Positions 43,113-56,687 of a DNA stretch of 64,000 nucleotides are shown here, piece after piece. The notes under the pieces are model-generated. The model searched no databases. It was not told the origin of the DNA and saw only the letters and a program-made list of their open reading frames with translations. The position numbers and the translations under genes are program-made. Source of the DNA: Octopus vulgaris (lineage: Eukaryota); NCBI GenBank assembly GCA_951406725.2, contig OX597829.1, positions 10,044,001-10,108,000 of the forward strand, read 5' to 3'. Within the stretch, counting starts at the first letter, position 1, and every line of letters begins with the position of its first letter.

Positions 43113-44379
43113 TTGTGTTGTGTGTGTGCGCGTGTGCGTGTGTGTCTGTGTGTGCATATATTTATGCATATATGTGTGTGTGTGTGTGTGCATATATGTA
43201 TGCATATGTGTGTGTGCGCATATGTATGCATATAACTATGTGTGCATATATGTATGTATATATGTATATTTTTATATATACATGTATATGTATGTGTACT
43301 TTTGTACTTGCACACAAACCGCTGACAATGGGTGTTTCTTGTTTACGTCACCGTAGCTTAGCGGTTTGGCTGATGATATCGGAAAAGTAAATAGCAAACT
43401 TTAAAAAGAAGAAAGTTCTAATGCTTCAGAATGGAAGAAAACAAGTAAAAGAGCAAAAGCTGAATAACAAGATTTGATAAATTCTTGGAACCATAGCAGT
43501 ATCACAACAGAACATTTTTGTTGATACACTTAAGGAAAATGCAAAGATGTCTCTCCGGTAATCATGTAATAAAATCCGCGGTTACTTTAAGATGCTGGAT
43601 TCTTTTTGTAAATCTCTTGTGGAAGTAAAGTTTGATAAATATCAAAATAGAGATATATGTGTTTATATGTTCCGTTGAAGTTGGTCAAAAAGTAGGGCTC
43701 GTTTTTATACGTTTTCGTTTTCAGTTGTTTATCTTCGATGGCTTGTCACTCTGCTCTTATTTGAAGAATTTATATCTTCAGTGCATTTAGGTTCATATAT
43801 ACATGTGTATGTATGTGTGTTTGTGCATTTATATGTGTTCATGTATGCATATATGTATACATTTACATATGGGTGTACATATATAGTTATATATATATAT
43901 CTGTGTGTGCGCATGTATGCGTGTGTGTGTGTGTGTGTGTATGTGTGTGTGTGTTTCTGTTTCTATATGTGTTTATTTGTGTGTATATTTGTATTTGCTT
44001 TAGAAAAATATCGTTGGAAATAAGTCAAAAAATGCAACACACTTCCTTGCCGTTGCCTTGTGTCCAAATACTATTTGTGAAGTTCAGAAATGTAGGAAAG
44101 ATAGTGTGGTGTATGGATGCGTTTTTGTGAGTGTACATGGTTTGAAGTAAGGCAGAAGTTGAAAGATACACAATGCTAACGAGCGTTCTACGTGTAATAG
44201 ATTATCCATTGCACCAATAAGAAAAAACTATGCAAAAACCTAAAGATTTTTGATATTTTTTTAAAACTGTCATGTTTACAGAAGATGCATTCGAGTCTCA
44301 CTGGGAACTTTCAACCTTTTGTATCGAAAGGGTTTTTCAACCCAATATTTACGTGGTGTTATTTATGGCATTTTTTAAA

Positions 44380-44600
44380 GGTAGCAAGTTAGCAGCATCA
44401 TTATTAGTAAGCTAGACAAAATGCTTAATGGCAGCCCGTCCGGTTTTCGTTCGGAGATCAAATTCCGTCCGCAAGGGTCAACTTCGCCGTTGACCCCTTC
44501 GAGGTCGATAAACTAATTACCAATTGAGTACTGGGGTTCGGTGCAATCGACTTACCCTTCACCCCTGAAATTCTAGGCCTTGTGCTTTTTGAAGGAAGGA
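44380..44600 (+). mobile_element. SINE family B, decayed (other decayed copies ~5280-5420 -, 28295-28540 +, 28975-29110 +)
   Basis: GGTCAACTTCGCCGTTGACCCCTTCGAGGTCGATAAA core. Confidence 0.65.
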
Positions 44601-46489
44601 TTATTTATTGCTGTTTTTCCTACGGTTCTGCAGTGAGAAATGAATTATTTCATTATTTTAAAATTCTTATGATGTAAATATCTTAGTTCTAAAAATGCTT
44701 TGGGGTTGATGTAATCGACTACACCCCTCCCCACCAAAAAATTCCAGGGCTTGTGCATATAGCAGAAAGGAGTATAAACCAATGCTGCATTATAAACCAG
44801 TATTTCTGTTAAATGGTAAGTACTTTGGTCTGAAAGTTAGTGTAAGGACCTGTAAGATCGAATCTTGTCGACGGAGAATACGGTAGACCACTGGCGTATA
44901 CTGAATACCGCTCTGCAATTTTCAGCTTTCTATTCCTGATTTCGAAACTGTGTTAACTGATTTGGCATTGATTCACGCTTTTTTGTTGTAGTTATTTGCT
45001 CCAGGATCAACTCTACAATGAGCAGAGTTTTGCAGACATATGATCAAAGACATCCTAGTTCTGACTAACTTACCTTTTTATCTGGTATAATATCTAGATC
45101 CATGTTGTCCAATATGGCCTGCCTCTCTTATACCGATTGGGAATAATTTAAGAAAGATTTGACTGTTGTATCGAAGAAGTCGAGTGACATAGATAGAGCT
45201 ATTTCAGTAGCTCACCACCACATAAAAGCTCCTTAAATGGTTCCTATAAGTATCAGCAATACATACAGACATCTACCACCATTTCTTCAACCTCCACCTT
45301 CTAAGAGACAAAAGGATGGCGCCGATAAGGTTCCTAACTAGATGCTTCTACGTTTCCTCTCCTGATATTAATGCTACCTGATCCTGTTTAACTAGGTGAT
45401 AATAAGCTTTCACTTTGCACGGTACAACGAATAGATGTGTTTTTGCAAATTTCGAAACTGTTTCTTTAGCCAGCAAATTGCATAATGGGTATTGTCAGGG
45501 GTGGGCTTTCTTTTTATTTCAATTCTTATCGGTCCAAAAATTTACCTCCTTTCTTCTTTAACTGAAGAAAGACTAATGTTCGAAGCGTTGTGCTTTTGAT
45601 TCTGCATATGAAATTAACTAACTTCATCTTCATTTTATATACGAAATTTTACACTACGTGATACTGGCACTTTTATTTCTGCAACTCGCGACCAAATGTT
45701 TTATTAATTAAGTCAAGTTATTTTTTTCTCATATCAGGACAAGTCCATAAATGCCACGGTGCAAAAGAGTATATTTCAATGAGTCACATGCTGACTACGC
45801 TTGTCTGGTTTTTCTTCTCTTGTGTGTGATTGAAGTGGGCGGTGGAGGTTAGACTATTGATTTGCTCTATAAGACAAATCATTATTTTGCAGAAAAATTT
45901 TGTCGACTGAATTAATCAGAAAGTGGTACATACTAGCTATATAAATAGAAAAAAACAAAGACACCATATGAAGGAACCTTCAAGAAAAATCATTAAGACG
46001 CTTAATAAATGTAAATTACAAGGTTATAGCGCCGTTGTTCTCACGATTCTGTCATATATTCCATCGTAAATAGTATTGTTTGGTAATATTGTTTAGCTAC
46101 ATTAGTACACATCGACTGACACCTAACCGATCATACTTCACCGAGAATGAAAAGCAAAGCCGAGACCTAATTGAAATCGTAAATTAGAAGCAGAGGAGTA
46201 AATGCTGTGACATAACTAACTCCTTACTTTTAGACTCCTTTTACTCTCAACGGCTTATGATACTCTTTTACACTTTTAACGGTTTCACTCGTTGGACACT
46301 TTTTTTCTTTTCTTTTTTTTTTTTGAGAGCACAGTATTCAAAGAATTTAGCTGAACATTTAATCCATTTCTTAATTCAGTCTGGTATAAGTTTCGTCATC
46401 CTCTAATTCTCGAAAGTGAAGTTACGTTTCGGAATTACGAATTTATACACGCACTCACACACTCACACATATTTATATACATATATATG

Positions 46490-46705
46490 TAGTTAATCCA
46501 AACATGAAAATACAAAGAGAAAACACAACAATGCGAGGAGGTGGAACAAGTATAGTATTATTATACGCTCCGGAAAGAAGGAAAGAAGGAAGGTTTAACG
46601 TTTCGAGTTGAGCTCTTTGTCAGAAACATAGGAAAAGGAAAGATCCAAAGAAGGAAAGACGGAGGGAAAAAATCGCCAACGGTACACACGCGGTTACATT
46701 TTGAA
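46490..46705 (-). mobile_element. PLE pseudo-LTR-like repeat with minimal hammerhead motif (G8 mutated)
   Basis: Minus strand GTTT-CTGACAA-A-GAG(CTCAA)CTC-GAAACGTT-AAAC at ~46593-46627. Confidence 0.6.
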
Positions 46706-46909
46706 TATGTATATATATATATATATATGTAATACATAGATGTATGCATACTTGCACACATGCACACACGTGTGTGGGTGTGGGTGTGTTGATATATCAG
46801 TGAGTGTACGTATATGTATGTATATTATATAAATGTAGGTGCTCCAGCGTGGCCACTGCTTTAAGGTTCAAACATGAAAACGAATAAAAGAATGCATACA
46901 CACACATAC

Positions 46910-46965
<56 letters not shown>

Positions 46966-46967
<2 letters not shown>

Positions 46968-47135
46968 CAGAGATGTACTTGCATAGCGAGTGACTTGATC
47001 TGAGATCGTGTGCTGGAACGAAAACAATTGCAGCGTGGAAGGTGTTTAGATTCACTTCAACATTTAAATTTGATTTGTCAAAATATTTTCGTCGCTTTCA
47101 GACCGCAACCTGTTCACTGACAAAACTTCGTGCTG
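46966..47135 (-). mobile_element. pseudo-LTR-like repeat, inverted relative to 49431-49630
   Basis: Reverse complement of 49431-49630 apart from substitutions and a ~30-bp indel; abuts (TA)n. Confidence 0.8.
47074..47124 (-). ncRNA. type I minimal hammerhead with G3:C8 core swap
   Basis: UUUGUCA-GUGAACA-G-GUUGC(GGUCUGAAA)GCGAC-GAAA-AUAU-UU-UGACAAA. Confidence 0.7.
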
Positions 47136-47573
47136 CATCTGAGAAAGTAACAGTTAGTTCATGATATATATGTACGTATGTATGTATATGTAGTGTATGT
47201 ATGTATGTATGTATGTATGTATGTATGTATGTATGTATGTATGTATGTATGTATGTATGTATGTATGTGTGTGTGTGTGTATGTATGCATGCATGTATGT
47301 ATGTATGTATGTATGTATCTATGTCTGTATGTATGTGCATATGTGTGTACATGTATGTGTGCATGGCTACACGCATGCATGTACGTATGTACTTACGTAT
47401 GTATGTGAGTATTTAGGAGGGTGTGTAGACGTGTTTGTGTGTGTGTACATGTGTATGTATATGTGAACGTATGTTTCTGTAATGATATGTATCAGTTCAA
47501 GTTGTATACATGACTGTTACCTTGTTGAAGGTTGTATATATACACACATACATTTATGTAGACACACACACAT

Positions 47574-47604
<31 letters not shown>

Positions 47605-47605
47605 A

Positions 47606-47777
47606 GGTTATATGTGCATATATGTATCTAAGACGTTATATCCATTCACCGTTAGACGGTGGTGAGAGGGACACACATATATATATATGTGTGTGTGTGT
47701 GTGTGCGTTTGTCCCTCTCACCATCGTCTAACGGTGAATGGATACAACGTCTTAGATACATATATGCACATATAACC
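47606..47777. repeat. fold-back with 68-bp arms
   Basis: Arms 47606-47673 and 47710-47777, 2 differences, microsatellite loop. Confidence 0.9.
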
Positions 47778-47904
47778 ATATACATATATACAAGTACACA
47801 CAATCATATAGACACTTACACATACTCACAAATATACGTATAATCTTAAAGTATACACACATATACGCTTGTCCATCTCTACATACATATATACATATAC
47901 ATAT

Positions 47905-47948
<44 letters not shown>

Positions 47949-48309
47949 TTTTACTTACATACACACATATATATACATATATATATGACACTCTTTTCAA
48001 GGACAAACTTGCTTTATTTTCTTCTAGTTATCCTTTTTTTTTATTTTTACATGCATACATATATAATACATGTATATATATATTTACACATACTCATATG
48101 TGCATGCACGTACATACTTATACACTAACATACACAACACACAACACATATATACACATACACACATATATACATCTACACATACGTACATACATATCAA
48201 ACAATGTACACTCGTACGGTTATATATAACTGCATATATGTATTTTAGTACCATGCATTTCAACATGTATGCATTGATTACTACATGTAAATGAGAGAGA
48301 GGGGGGGGG

Positions 48310-49430
48310 TTATACAATGGTACTCCCGAGTGGAATCTGGATGTTACCCCATTCGGATTTTCGGTTGAGAGTGGGTTTGTATTCTTGTATACAGACAGCT
48401 TCCGTGACCTGTCTCAGCATTGCATCAGTGGGATGTGTGGATAAGATGTTTAACTCAAGTCTCCCTAAGGAGCCCTTGTGGCAGTCTACAGCATGCTGAT
48501 AGAAGATGGAGTTTGGTTTCTTTTCGATGTAGTTGTCCAGGTGTTCTTTGAACATATCATTGTTACTCCTAGAAGTCTCACCTATGTATAACTCTGGGTT
48601 AGTCGCGCAAGCTCCTTCTTGGCACTTAATTTGGTATACAGTGCTCTTGGTTTTGCAGTTCACATGTGGGTTTGTAGAACATACTGCACAATTATTTCCA
48701 CATGTGAATCTATCAAATGGATATGATCTACATAATACAGATTTGATAGTCCTACCTGTCTTTTCTACAACCTTGATCTTAAGGCCAGTTGTGTGCAGGA
48801 TTTTCTTGAATGCCTTACATAATTCGTTCTTAGGTGTGGCGTCAACAAACATTACACTGTGAAATTTCTTGTTATCATACCAAGTATTGGTTTTATTTCT
48901 CTTGTTGGTGTCTCTCTCTTACCTATTCGAGAACTTGTTGCGGTACAGGAGAGCATATACCGTTTCGTCATCTCTTAGAATGCGTTCGAATCTTGTTTTC
49001 GCTCCTTTGTACACTCTGATTCTGTAATATTGTGTGTATCCTGAGCGTTGCATTCGGAATATGAAGTGCTGGATGTGTTGTTGTCGTTCTTGTGGTTGGC
49101 ATAGTGGAGATACATTCCTCATTACTCTAAATCTGCCACCAGGATGTTGAGCTTGGTAGTACTCGACATCGCTGAGTCACTACGGGTTACCAGTGGATTA
49201 GCCATAGGTTTACAATAGTGTGAGTGGAGTATATAGGGTTTAACAGTTGCGTTAACCATAGTATTTTCCATCCACAGCTCAGTATCTAGGACAGGTAATC
49301 TATTACTGGGGTAGTCCACGGTAACTTTTATACTGCTATGAATAGAGTCAGCTATGTGTTGTATAGCTGTCATCACCTGTTCTTCATTTAGTAGAGAGTA
49401 TATCTCTGTGTCTGTATTATTATTACATTT
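48310..49430 (-). mobile_element. 5'-truncated Penelope-like element (RT C-terminus/thumb + GIY-YIG), disabled
   Basis: VTVDYPSNRLPVLDTELW, HYCKPMAN, MQRSGY; then C...CAVC.....C....VYQIKC...C......YIGETSRS....FKEH...RQVTEAVCI...PTLNRKSEW, split by stops and frameshifts. Confidence 0.88.
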
Positions 49431-49630
49431 CACGAATTTTTGTCAATGAACAGGTCGCGGTCTGAAAGCGTCGAAAATATTTTGACAAATTAAATTTAAA
49501 TGTTGATGTGAATCTAACGGTTTTTGTGTTTTTCTTAAATGACTTATAAACACCTTCCACGCTGCAATTGTTTTCGTTTCAGCACACGATCTCAGATCAA
49601 GTCACTCGCTATGCAAGTACATCTCCGTTA
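49431..49630 (+). mobile_element. inverted pseudo-LTR-like repeat at the PLE 5' truncation point, with hammerhead motif at 49439-49489
   Basis: TTTGTCA-ATGAACA-G-GTCGC(GGTCTGAAA)GCGTC-GAAA-ATAT-TT-TGACAAA; directly abuts the PLE ORF; (TA)n beyond. Confidence 0.75.
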
Positions 49631-49661
49631 TATATATATATATATATATAACGGAGATGTA

Positions 49662-49692
<31 letters not shown>

Positions 49693-50406
49693 GCATATAT
49701 ATATATAAATTTTTACCTTAATGTATATACACTCACACACTAGCACATGCATATTTACAAGAGCAAACGTCTTTAATAAATGGCAAAAGTTAGATTAATG
49801 TAAAGACGGAGAATTTCCTGCCTTGGCACTTTTCAACGCAAATTTTGTGTTCTATTTTCCTGCTTGCATCTCCAAACGTGCATGCGTACATACATACAAA
49901 ATATTATGAAAATAAAATAGCATATAATCGTAGAAATATTAATATATACGTCGATATCAGTAAAATAAACCGCTTACACCACACGCGCGTGTACATAGGC
50001 ACACGCACACGCACACACATACACAGACACAAACCCACACATACACACACAAACACACACACATGAAATGCACACACACACACACACACACACTCAAAGA
50101 TGAAGTGACAGGTCATAATATTATAAATTAATCGCTGTTTAAGCGCCTTTCTCGTCTTGCGGTAAAAGATATTGTCTCACAACACTTTTCATCGCAGATT
50201 TTGGAATATGACTGCTAACTGAATTTCAAACTTCAGTTGTCCTTATGCGACTTAGATCCGAATGTGTAGATTGCTGGAGACTGGATTTTAACTTGGAAAA
50301 TTCTTATAATCAAAAGAAATACAGTTATTTTACTTCAGGTTCATCAGTAGATAATAGTATGATTGCCAAATAGCTAGGGACACACAAATAACCAGTTAGA
50401 AAGAAT

Positions 50407-50499
<93 letters not shown>

Positions 50500-50804
50500 C
50501 TTTCTTTTATTAGCCAGACAGGGTTGAGTACAGAGGGGACAAATACAAATGTAGAGCTTTTCTTTTCGAGAGTGGAAAAGAAAAAGGAAAATAAATGTAA
50601 GATTTCGATCAAAAGGGATCGAGAGAAAAAAAAAAAGAAAAGGAATCGTGTATCACAGAAACACTTTTTTAAGAAAAAACATTGATAAAACAAGATTGGG
50701 TTCATCCGTGGGAAGAAAAGCCTACAGAAAAGACCACGGGAACCTCAGTCAGGGAGGAAATAACCACATGAGATCAAAATCTCTCTTTCTTTCTTTTTTA
50801 CGAT

Positions 50805-53800
50805 CTACAGGATCATGCTCAAAATGGTTTCGTCACTCGCACGCACCATCTTTGCAACATTCACCCATCTTTTTTTGAATCTTTCGCGAGACAAAACTTC
50901 CCTCTCCATTCTCACCTTCCTTTTCAAGTGGTACTTGAAAAAATTGATGAGCGATTGGCCAGAGAGGTAAGTGTTTGTCTCTAATCCTTTCGCTCGGGTC
51001 CACCACACACATTCCTTCACCATGGCCACCAGTACGAGGAAAACTGCCCTGCCTTCCCGGTTGAGGGAAGGGGGTGGAGCAATCCCCACGACAGACTCGG
51101 CCGATAGGCGGACTCGTCCCACACGTGACAGCAGCCGTACGGCATAAGCCCACAGGTCTGAAATGGTTGGACATTGCACGAGTGCGTGCAGAACGGTTTC
51201 GTCGCTCTGACCGAATCTCGTGCAAGTCGGTCCAGTGTGTCCGGAACCGTGTCTGTAGAGCTTATCCCGAACAGGTAATGCTTCTCGATAGCACTGCCAG
51301 GCCAGGGATCTTTGGTGATTGTTCATAGGTCCCGGTCCGAAAGTTGTCCTGAACAGGCGGGTCAGGTGTTCCTCGTCGACGCCCAGTTTCTGCCCGAGAT
51401 CGTCGTCGCACCTCCCCTCCACTAATCCTCTATAGAATGCCTTTGTTGTGATGGAGTTGCACAAGTTTGATCCCGGACGGCAGAGTTGCTTGAGAGCAAT
51501 GCGACACTCGCGGTGCCATTCGCCTAGCCTCGGTCTCTGCTTGATCCATGACTGTAGTTCGGCCAAGGAGACGAGCTGCGGGAAAGCGCGTCGCACAAAA
51601 GGCGACCACACCTGTTCACCGTCGTCTATGAAGCGCCGGAGATGTCGCAGTCTCAGCGCATGTCCGCGTCGGTAGGGTCGGGACAAGACACGACGGTCAG
51701 ACGATACTCGATGACGGATGCGATGTACGCGTTCTCCACCTCCGCCCAACCTTTTAGGGATAGCTTTCTCTCAGCCCATTTCTGGGTGAGAGTAGTCACA
51801 ATAGTCGTTATTTCGCCCCAGTTCTTCTCCATTTGGAGGTCCGGACCGAACCAGACCCCGAACAATTTAACCGGTCCGTCCGTCCAGCGTCCCACGATGG
51901 AGACGCTCTTGGACGGCATAGGCCTGCTTCTCCAGGTGCCGAGCCGCAACCCCACTGACTTTTCCCTGTTAATATTTGCTCCCGTTACCGCTTCGTATTC
52001 TTTTAGTGTCCCGCCGACCATCTCGATGTGCTGGTAGCTCGACACTACGACGGTGACGTCGTCCGCGTATGCAGACACGCTCCTTCCGCATCCCAGCTCT
52101 CGTGGAACGCCCCTCAGCGTCGCCAGTTTCCGCAGTAGTGGCTCAAGATTCAATACATACAGAAGCGATGAGAGGGGGCATCCCTGACGAACCGAACGCA
52201 TGATGTTAAAAGGTCTGGATAGATGACCATTTACGCGAACTACCGATCGGATGCCGCAGTATAAGGCAGCGATCCAACCGCGGAAAACTGGACCGAAACC
52301 AGCCGCTTTAAGGACAGCCTCCAAGTAGTGATGTTCTACCCTATCGAAAGCTTTTGATTGATCCAAATTGATCAGCGACCCACCCATGTCAGGATTCTTG
52401 ACTACCCTGTCTATGATGTAGCGCATCAGATGGAGGTTGTCATGAATACTTCTACCCGGCACGGCGCATGTTTGCGCCTTGTCGATTAGTTTCTTGATGA
52501 CAAGCGCCAACCTCTCGGCTAACACCTTGGCCAAAATTTTCAAATCTGCGTTGAGCAGAGTGATGGGCCTGAAATTATCTATGACGTCCCCCTTGTTTGG
52601 GTCTTTCTTAATCAGTGCCACTGCTCCTCGCCTTACAAAAGCAGGGATACTCCCGTTTTGCTGCTAGTTGCAGTAGACAGCTGCCAAGACGCCTCCAAAC
52701 AAGTCTGGCATATGACAATAAAGTTCGTAGGGCAGACCATCCAAGCCTGGTGACTTGTCTCTCGCGCAGCCAGCCATCGCATCCTGTACGTCCGCAGCTG
52801 TGATAGGCCTTTCACAAGACTCCACCTCTCTTGTTGAGAGTCGTGGCAAGGCATGCAGGTAGGCACTAAAGTCCACTCTGCGTTCTGACCCACCACTTGT
52901 CCCAAACAAGTGGGTGAAGTGTTGTTGAAAAGCCTCACACATCCTTTTAGGCTCGAGCAATTCGCGCCCCTGTTCATTTGTTGCCTCGTTGGCTCTGCTG
53001 CCTCGTTGCGTCTCCACCACTCGGGCTTCTTGGGCAGCTCCAACTCCTTCGTTCCTCAGAGCACGCATCCTAGCTTTGACAACGCATCCTTCGTGTTTGG
53101 CGTTGATGTGTTGGTCGAGAGCCAACCTCGCTGCCAGTACGTTGGACGCGATGCCAGTTCTAAATGCCTCTTCTAAAACTTTAAGTAAGTCCCCCTCTAT
53201 TCTATTTCGGTCTAATGCTAGGGCTTTACTGTACCTGACTGATTCTGCTTAAATTGCTTTTTTTAGGGCATACCACCATCTGTTGTTGATGATGGTACCC
53301 GTCAAAGCTCTCTTAACTAATGTGCTGATCCGGTCCCTGTAAACCTGCCGTGCTGTAAAAGACGCGTTCAGCTTCCAGTAACCAGGACCCTGCCTATGTG
53401 TCTTATCTAAGTTAAGTGTACAAGTCACAAACTTGTGAACCGTGTAACTGACTATATGAAATTGTGGACAACCTACACTATTTTTATCTAATGTCCTACA
53501 GAATACTCTATCTAAGTACGATCTGGAGGACCCGATGCGGTTACTCGATGTCCACATTGGCACATTCGGGTGGTCCAGTCGGTACCTGTCAGACAGTTGG
53601 AAACGTCTGAGCAGGTCTTTGAGGCATTTGCATCCCCTCCTATTGCTATCTCTGCCCACGTAGTCTAGATGCGTGTCCAGGGTGGCTGTCCAATCCCCCA
53701 CTAAAAGTAAAGGACGAGACGTTCCCATGAAAGACTCTAGACGTCGAAAGCAATTTGGTCGGCCTGTTAAGGACGGTGCATAAACTCCGGGTCTAGGAAA

Positions 53801-54040
53801 ATTGTTCTTACTTTGAGGTCCAGACTCTTCCGGAGAAGCACCGCGGTGCCACCTCCGCCCATTCTCGGTAGACACGGAGAAAAATAAATGTTGAAATGTG
53901 TGCCGAACATGTGCTGGAGTGCCCGCGAGCTGTGGAATCTGATCTCACTGATGGCTATGATATGCAGATTTAGTGACTTGATGTCGTTTAACAGGTAGCC
54001 TTGTTTCCAAGGCGACCCCAAGCCACGTACAGAGAGAGAG
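50805..54040 (-). pseudogene. element 1 ORF2: AP endonuclease + reverse transcriptase + C-terminal Zn-finger, frameshifted
   Basis: VRGL, LLLVGDW, YLDRVFC, GPGYWKLN, KSPGLDGLPYE, FRPITLLNADLKILAK, LDQSKAFDRV, QGCPLS, AYADDVT, ETVLHALVQC. Confidence 0.92.
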
Positions 54041-54046
54041 AAAATG

Positions 54047-56199
54047 TTACTTATTATCCGAAAGTCCCTTGTTTTTCCCCTCACAGTCTTCTCCCATGAG
54101 GTTTTTATAAAGTTTCTTTGATAAATATTTTTGAAATCTCTCAACAGAATCAGGGTAGAGAGATTTCATGGTGCTGTGTGTGTTCTGTGTTACGTGTATT
54201 ATTTTAATGTGTTGTGGTGGTGTTGTGCGTGGGTGGTTATTTGTTTTTGTATCGTTTTCAGTTATGTCGGTGTTTGACCTAATGTATTCCATTAGGTCGT
54301 GGTTGTTTGTGTTTATGGCCGTCAACATTGTTGGGGGGTTTGGTGATAGTGTGTTTGTGTTGATGTGTTCGTTTTCTGTGGATGTTTTTGTTTCGGGAGT
54401 GGTGAATCTTCCTGTTTTGTTTGTTAGCTTTTCTATTCTTTTTTCCCTTTTTTCTCCCCCCCCCCCCCTCTGTGGCTATTTGCCAATCCTCTGTGTCTTC
54501 TTCATCTAATGACATGTCAGAGGAATCAGAGAGTGGGAGGGGAAAAGTATTGGGGGTCTATTTTTGACTGTGTTGACTTTGTTGTTGGTGTTGGTTGGTG
54601 TTGGTTGGTGAGCGTTAGGGTGTGGTGTATAGGTTTTTGGACGTGGGGTGTGGGTATTTTGTGTTTGTTTGATTGTAGGTATTGTTGTGGTGTTTGGGGG
54701 AATTTGGAGTAGTAATTGTTTCTTCATTTTTGATGCTTGTCTTTTTGGTAGATGTTCTTGGTTTGGGTGTTGGTTTCTCTTTGGTTGTTGTTGTTGATGT
54801 TGTTTTTGTTCTTGGTGCATTTGGTGGTGTTGTTTGATTGGGTAGGTTTGTTTCTTGTTGATTTTCTGTGACTGAACCTTTTATTGTTCGTGCAAACTGT
54901 GGTGTGGGTAATAAAGCTGGCTTTTTTGTTTTTTCCGGCTGCTGTTGTTGTTGCTGCTGTTTTCTTGCAGCAGACTTGCAATCTTTTTTTAGATGTTGCT
55001 CACTGCCGCATATGTAGCAGCGTAGTCTTCTGCCCTCGACGACCACATACAACTTGTGGTCTTCTCATATGTATATCTGGGTGGGTATTTTGTTGATGGC
55101 ATCTTGGTTGATGTGTAGCAGAATTTCTACTCTTTTTCCCACCCAGTTTTTTGTGTTCAGTGACCGTGGTTTGTAATATGTTAAAATCGTCCATTTCCAC
55201 ACATATGGCCGATGTTAGCCATAGAGTGTCCGCTATTTGTGGAACATTGTTTAATATGACCTTAGTTACTCTCTGTCCATGGTAGCTAGGTATCATAGTG
55301 AGTTCATCCGAATGAAGAGTTAGCGTTGAGAATCGTTTTGCTAACTCTTCAGTACAAGCTACTTGTATGTGCGCAAACTTGTTCTACCAGGTCACATATT
55401 CTTTGAAGTTCCAAACAGGTTGCAAGCATTTTTCGATTTTGTTAGTGTTTGCCTTCTCTGGACTTTTTGTCTTGTTGTTGATTATTTTATATATAATGGT
55501 TTTCTTTTTTTCATTTTCTAGTATTTGTTGTGGTATGTTTATTTTTACTTTGCCATTTTCTTTAGTTATTAAAGTTTTGGTATCTTTTATCTGTTGTGTA
55601 GTAAAAGATACTGTTGTCTTTTTTTCTTTTATTGCCTCGGCGAAATTTGTTGTTGTTTTGTTATTGTTGTTGCTGGTGGTGATGTTGTTGTTGGCTGCAG
55701 TTGGTAAATTCGGTGTATTTGGTGTCTGATGTTTGATTGTGCAAGTAGGAATGGGTGGAAAATTACTTGCATAATTTGTCCCTGCGTTTGAGCAGCTTTC
55801 GGCAATTCGTTTGGTGGTCGCGGTCTTTTGTTTCTCTACTTCAGTTTATGGTGTTCGAGGAAACAAGGTCTGAAAAGAAATGTTGTTGTTGTTATTGTTG
55901 TTATTGTTGTGGGTGTTGGCGGGGGTGTCAGTGGCAGAAGGGACAGCCGTGGCAGCAGATATCGTTACATTTTGGACATTTATATTTACTTCATTTTTGT
56001 AGTTGTTATTGTTGTTGTTGTTAATGTTTGTTGTGTCAGTATAAGTTCTATCATTGGTGTTGGTGGTGGTGGTGGTGGTGTTGATTTCAATTTTATCTTT
56101 CTTTGTAGCAGTGTATTTGTTGACTGTCTTTTCCAAAGCAGGAAAATCCTCCTTAGAAAAAATCGCAGAATACTGTTCTACGATAAAATTTCTCGACAT
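54047..56199 (-). pseudogene. element 1 ORF1 (gag-like, CCHC knuckle), frameshifted
   Basis: MSRNFIVEQYSAIF..., VTKVILNNVP, CYICGSEQHLKKDC; homologous pieces in element 2. Confidence 0.75.
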
Positions 56200-56687
56200 T
56201 TTTTTTATCGAGAAATAAAAAAATCAATTGATGAAAATGCCCCTCGATGCGAATTCTACATTTAAAAAAAAACTAAACGTAAGTTGGGCGTTTGGAAAGT
56301 TGAAAAATTCCGAAAATATAAAAAGTAAACAACGGATGTAACAGAGAGAGAGGACAGCGGCTATGCGTTATGATAAACGCTTCGTCGACATTGTGTGAAA
56401 ATAAGCTATGAAAGCAAAAAATTTGATATATAATCACGGTTGAAATTTCCCCTAGGGGCAAAATCCCCCCCCCCCCCGGAAAACCCACCCAGACGGAAGC
56501 TGGGTGTCTTACACACTCCTTGTGCAAAATTTGAAACGAACCCTTTTCAAAAACACAATAAAATAAGCAATTGACTTACGAGTCGATCTGTCAATGAGTA
56601 CTATCAATCGAGATATATAGATAGATAGGTAGGTAGGTAGATAGATAGATAGATAGATACATGGATAGATAGATAGATAGATAGATA

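Larger units (their letters stand above)
50499..56610 (-). mobile_element. near full-length Tx1/L1-clade LINE (element 1) inserted in (GATA)n
   Basis: 5' UTR, ORF1, ORF2 (APE-RT-Cys-rich), 3' UTR with AATAAA; (GATA)n on both sides. Confidence 0.92.
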
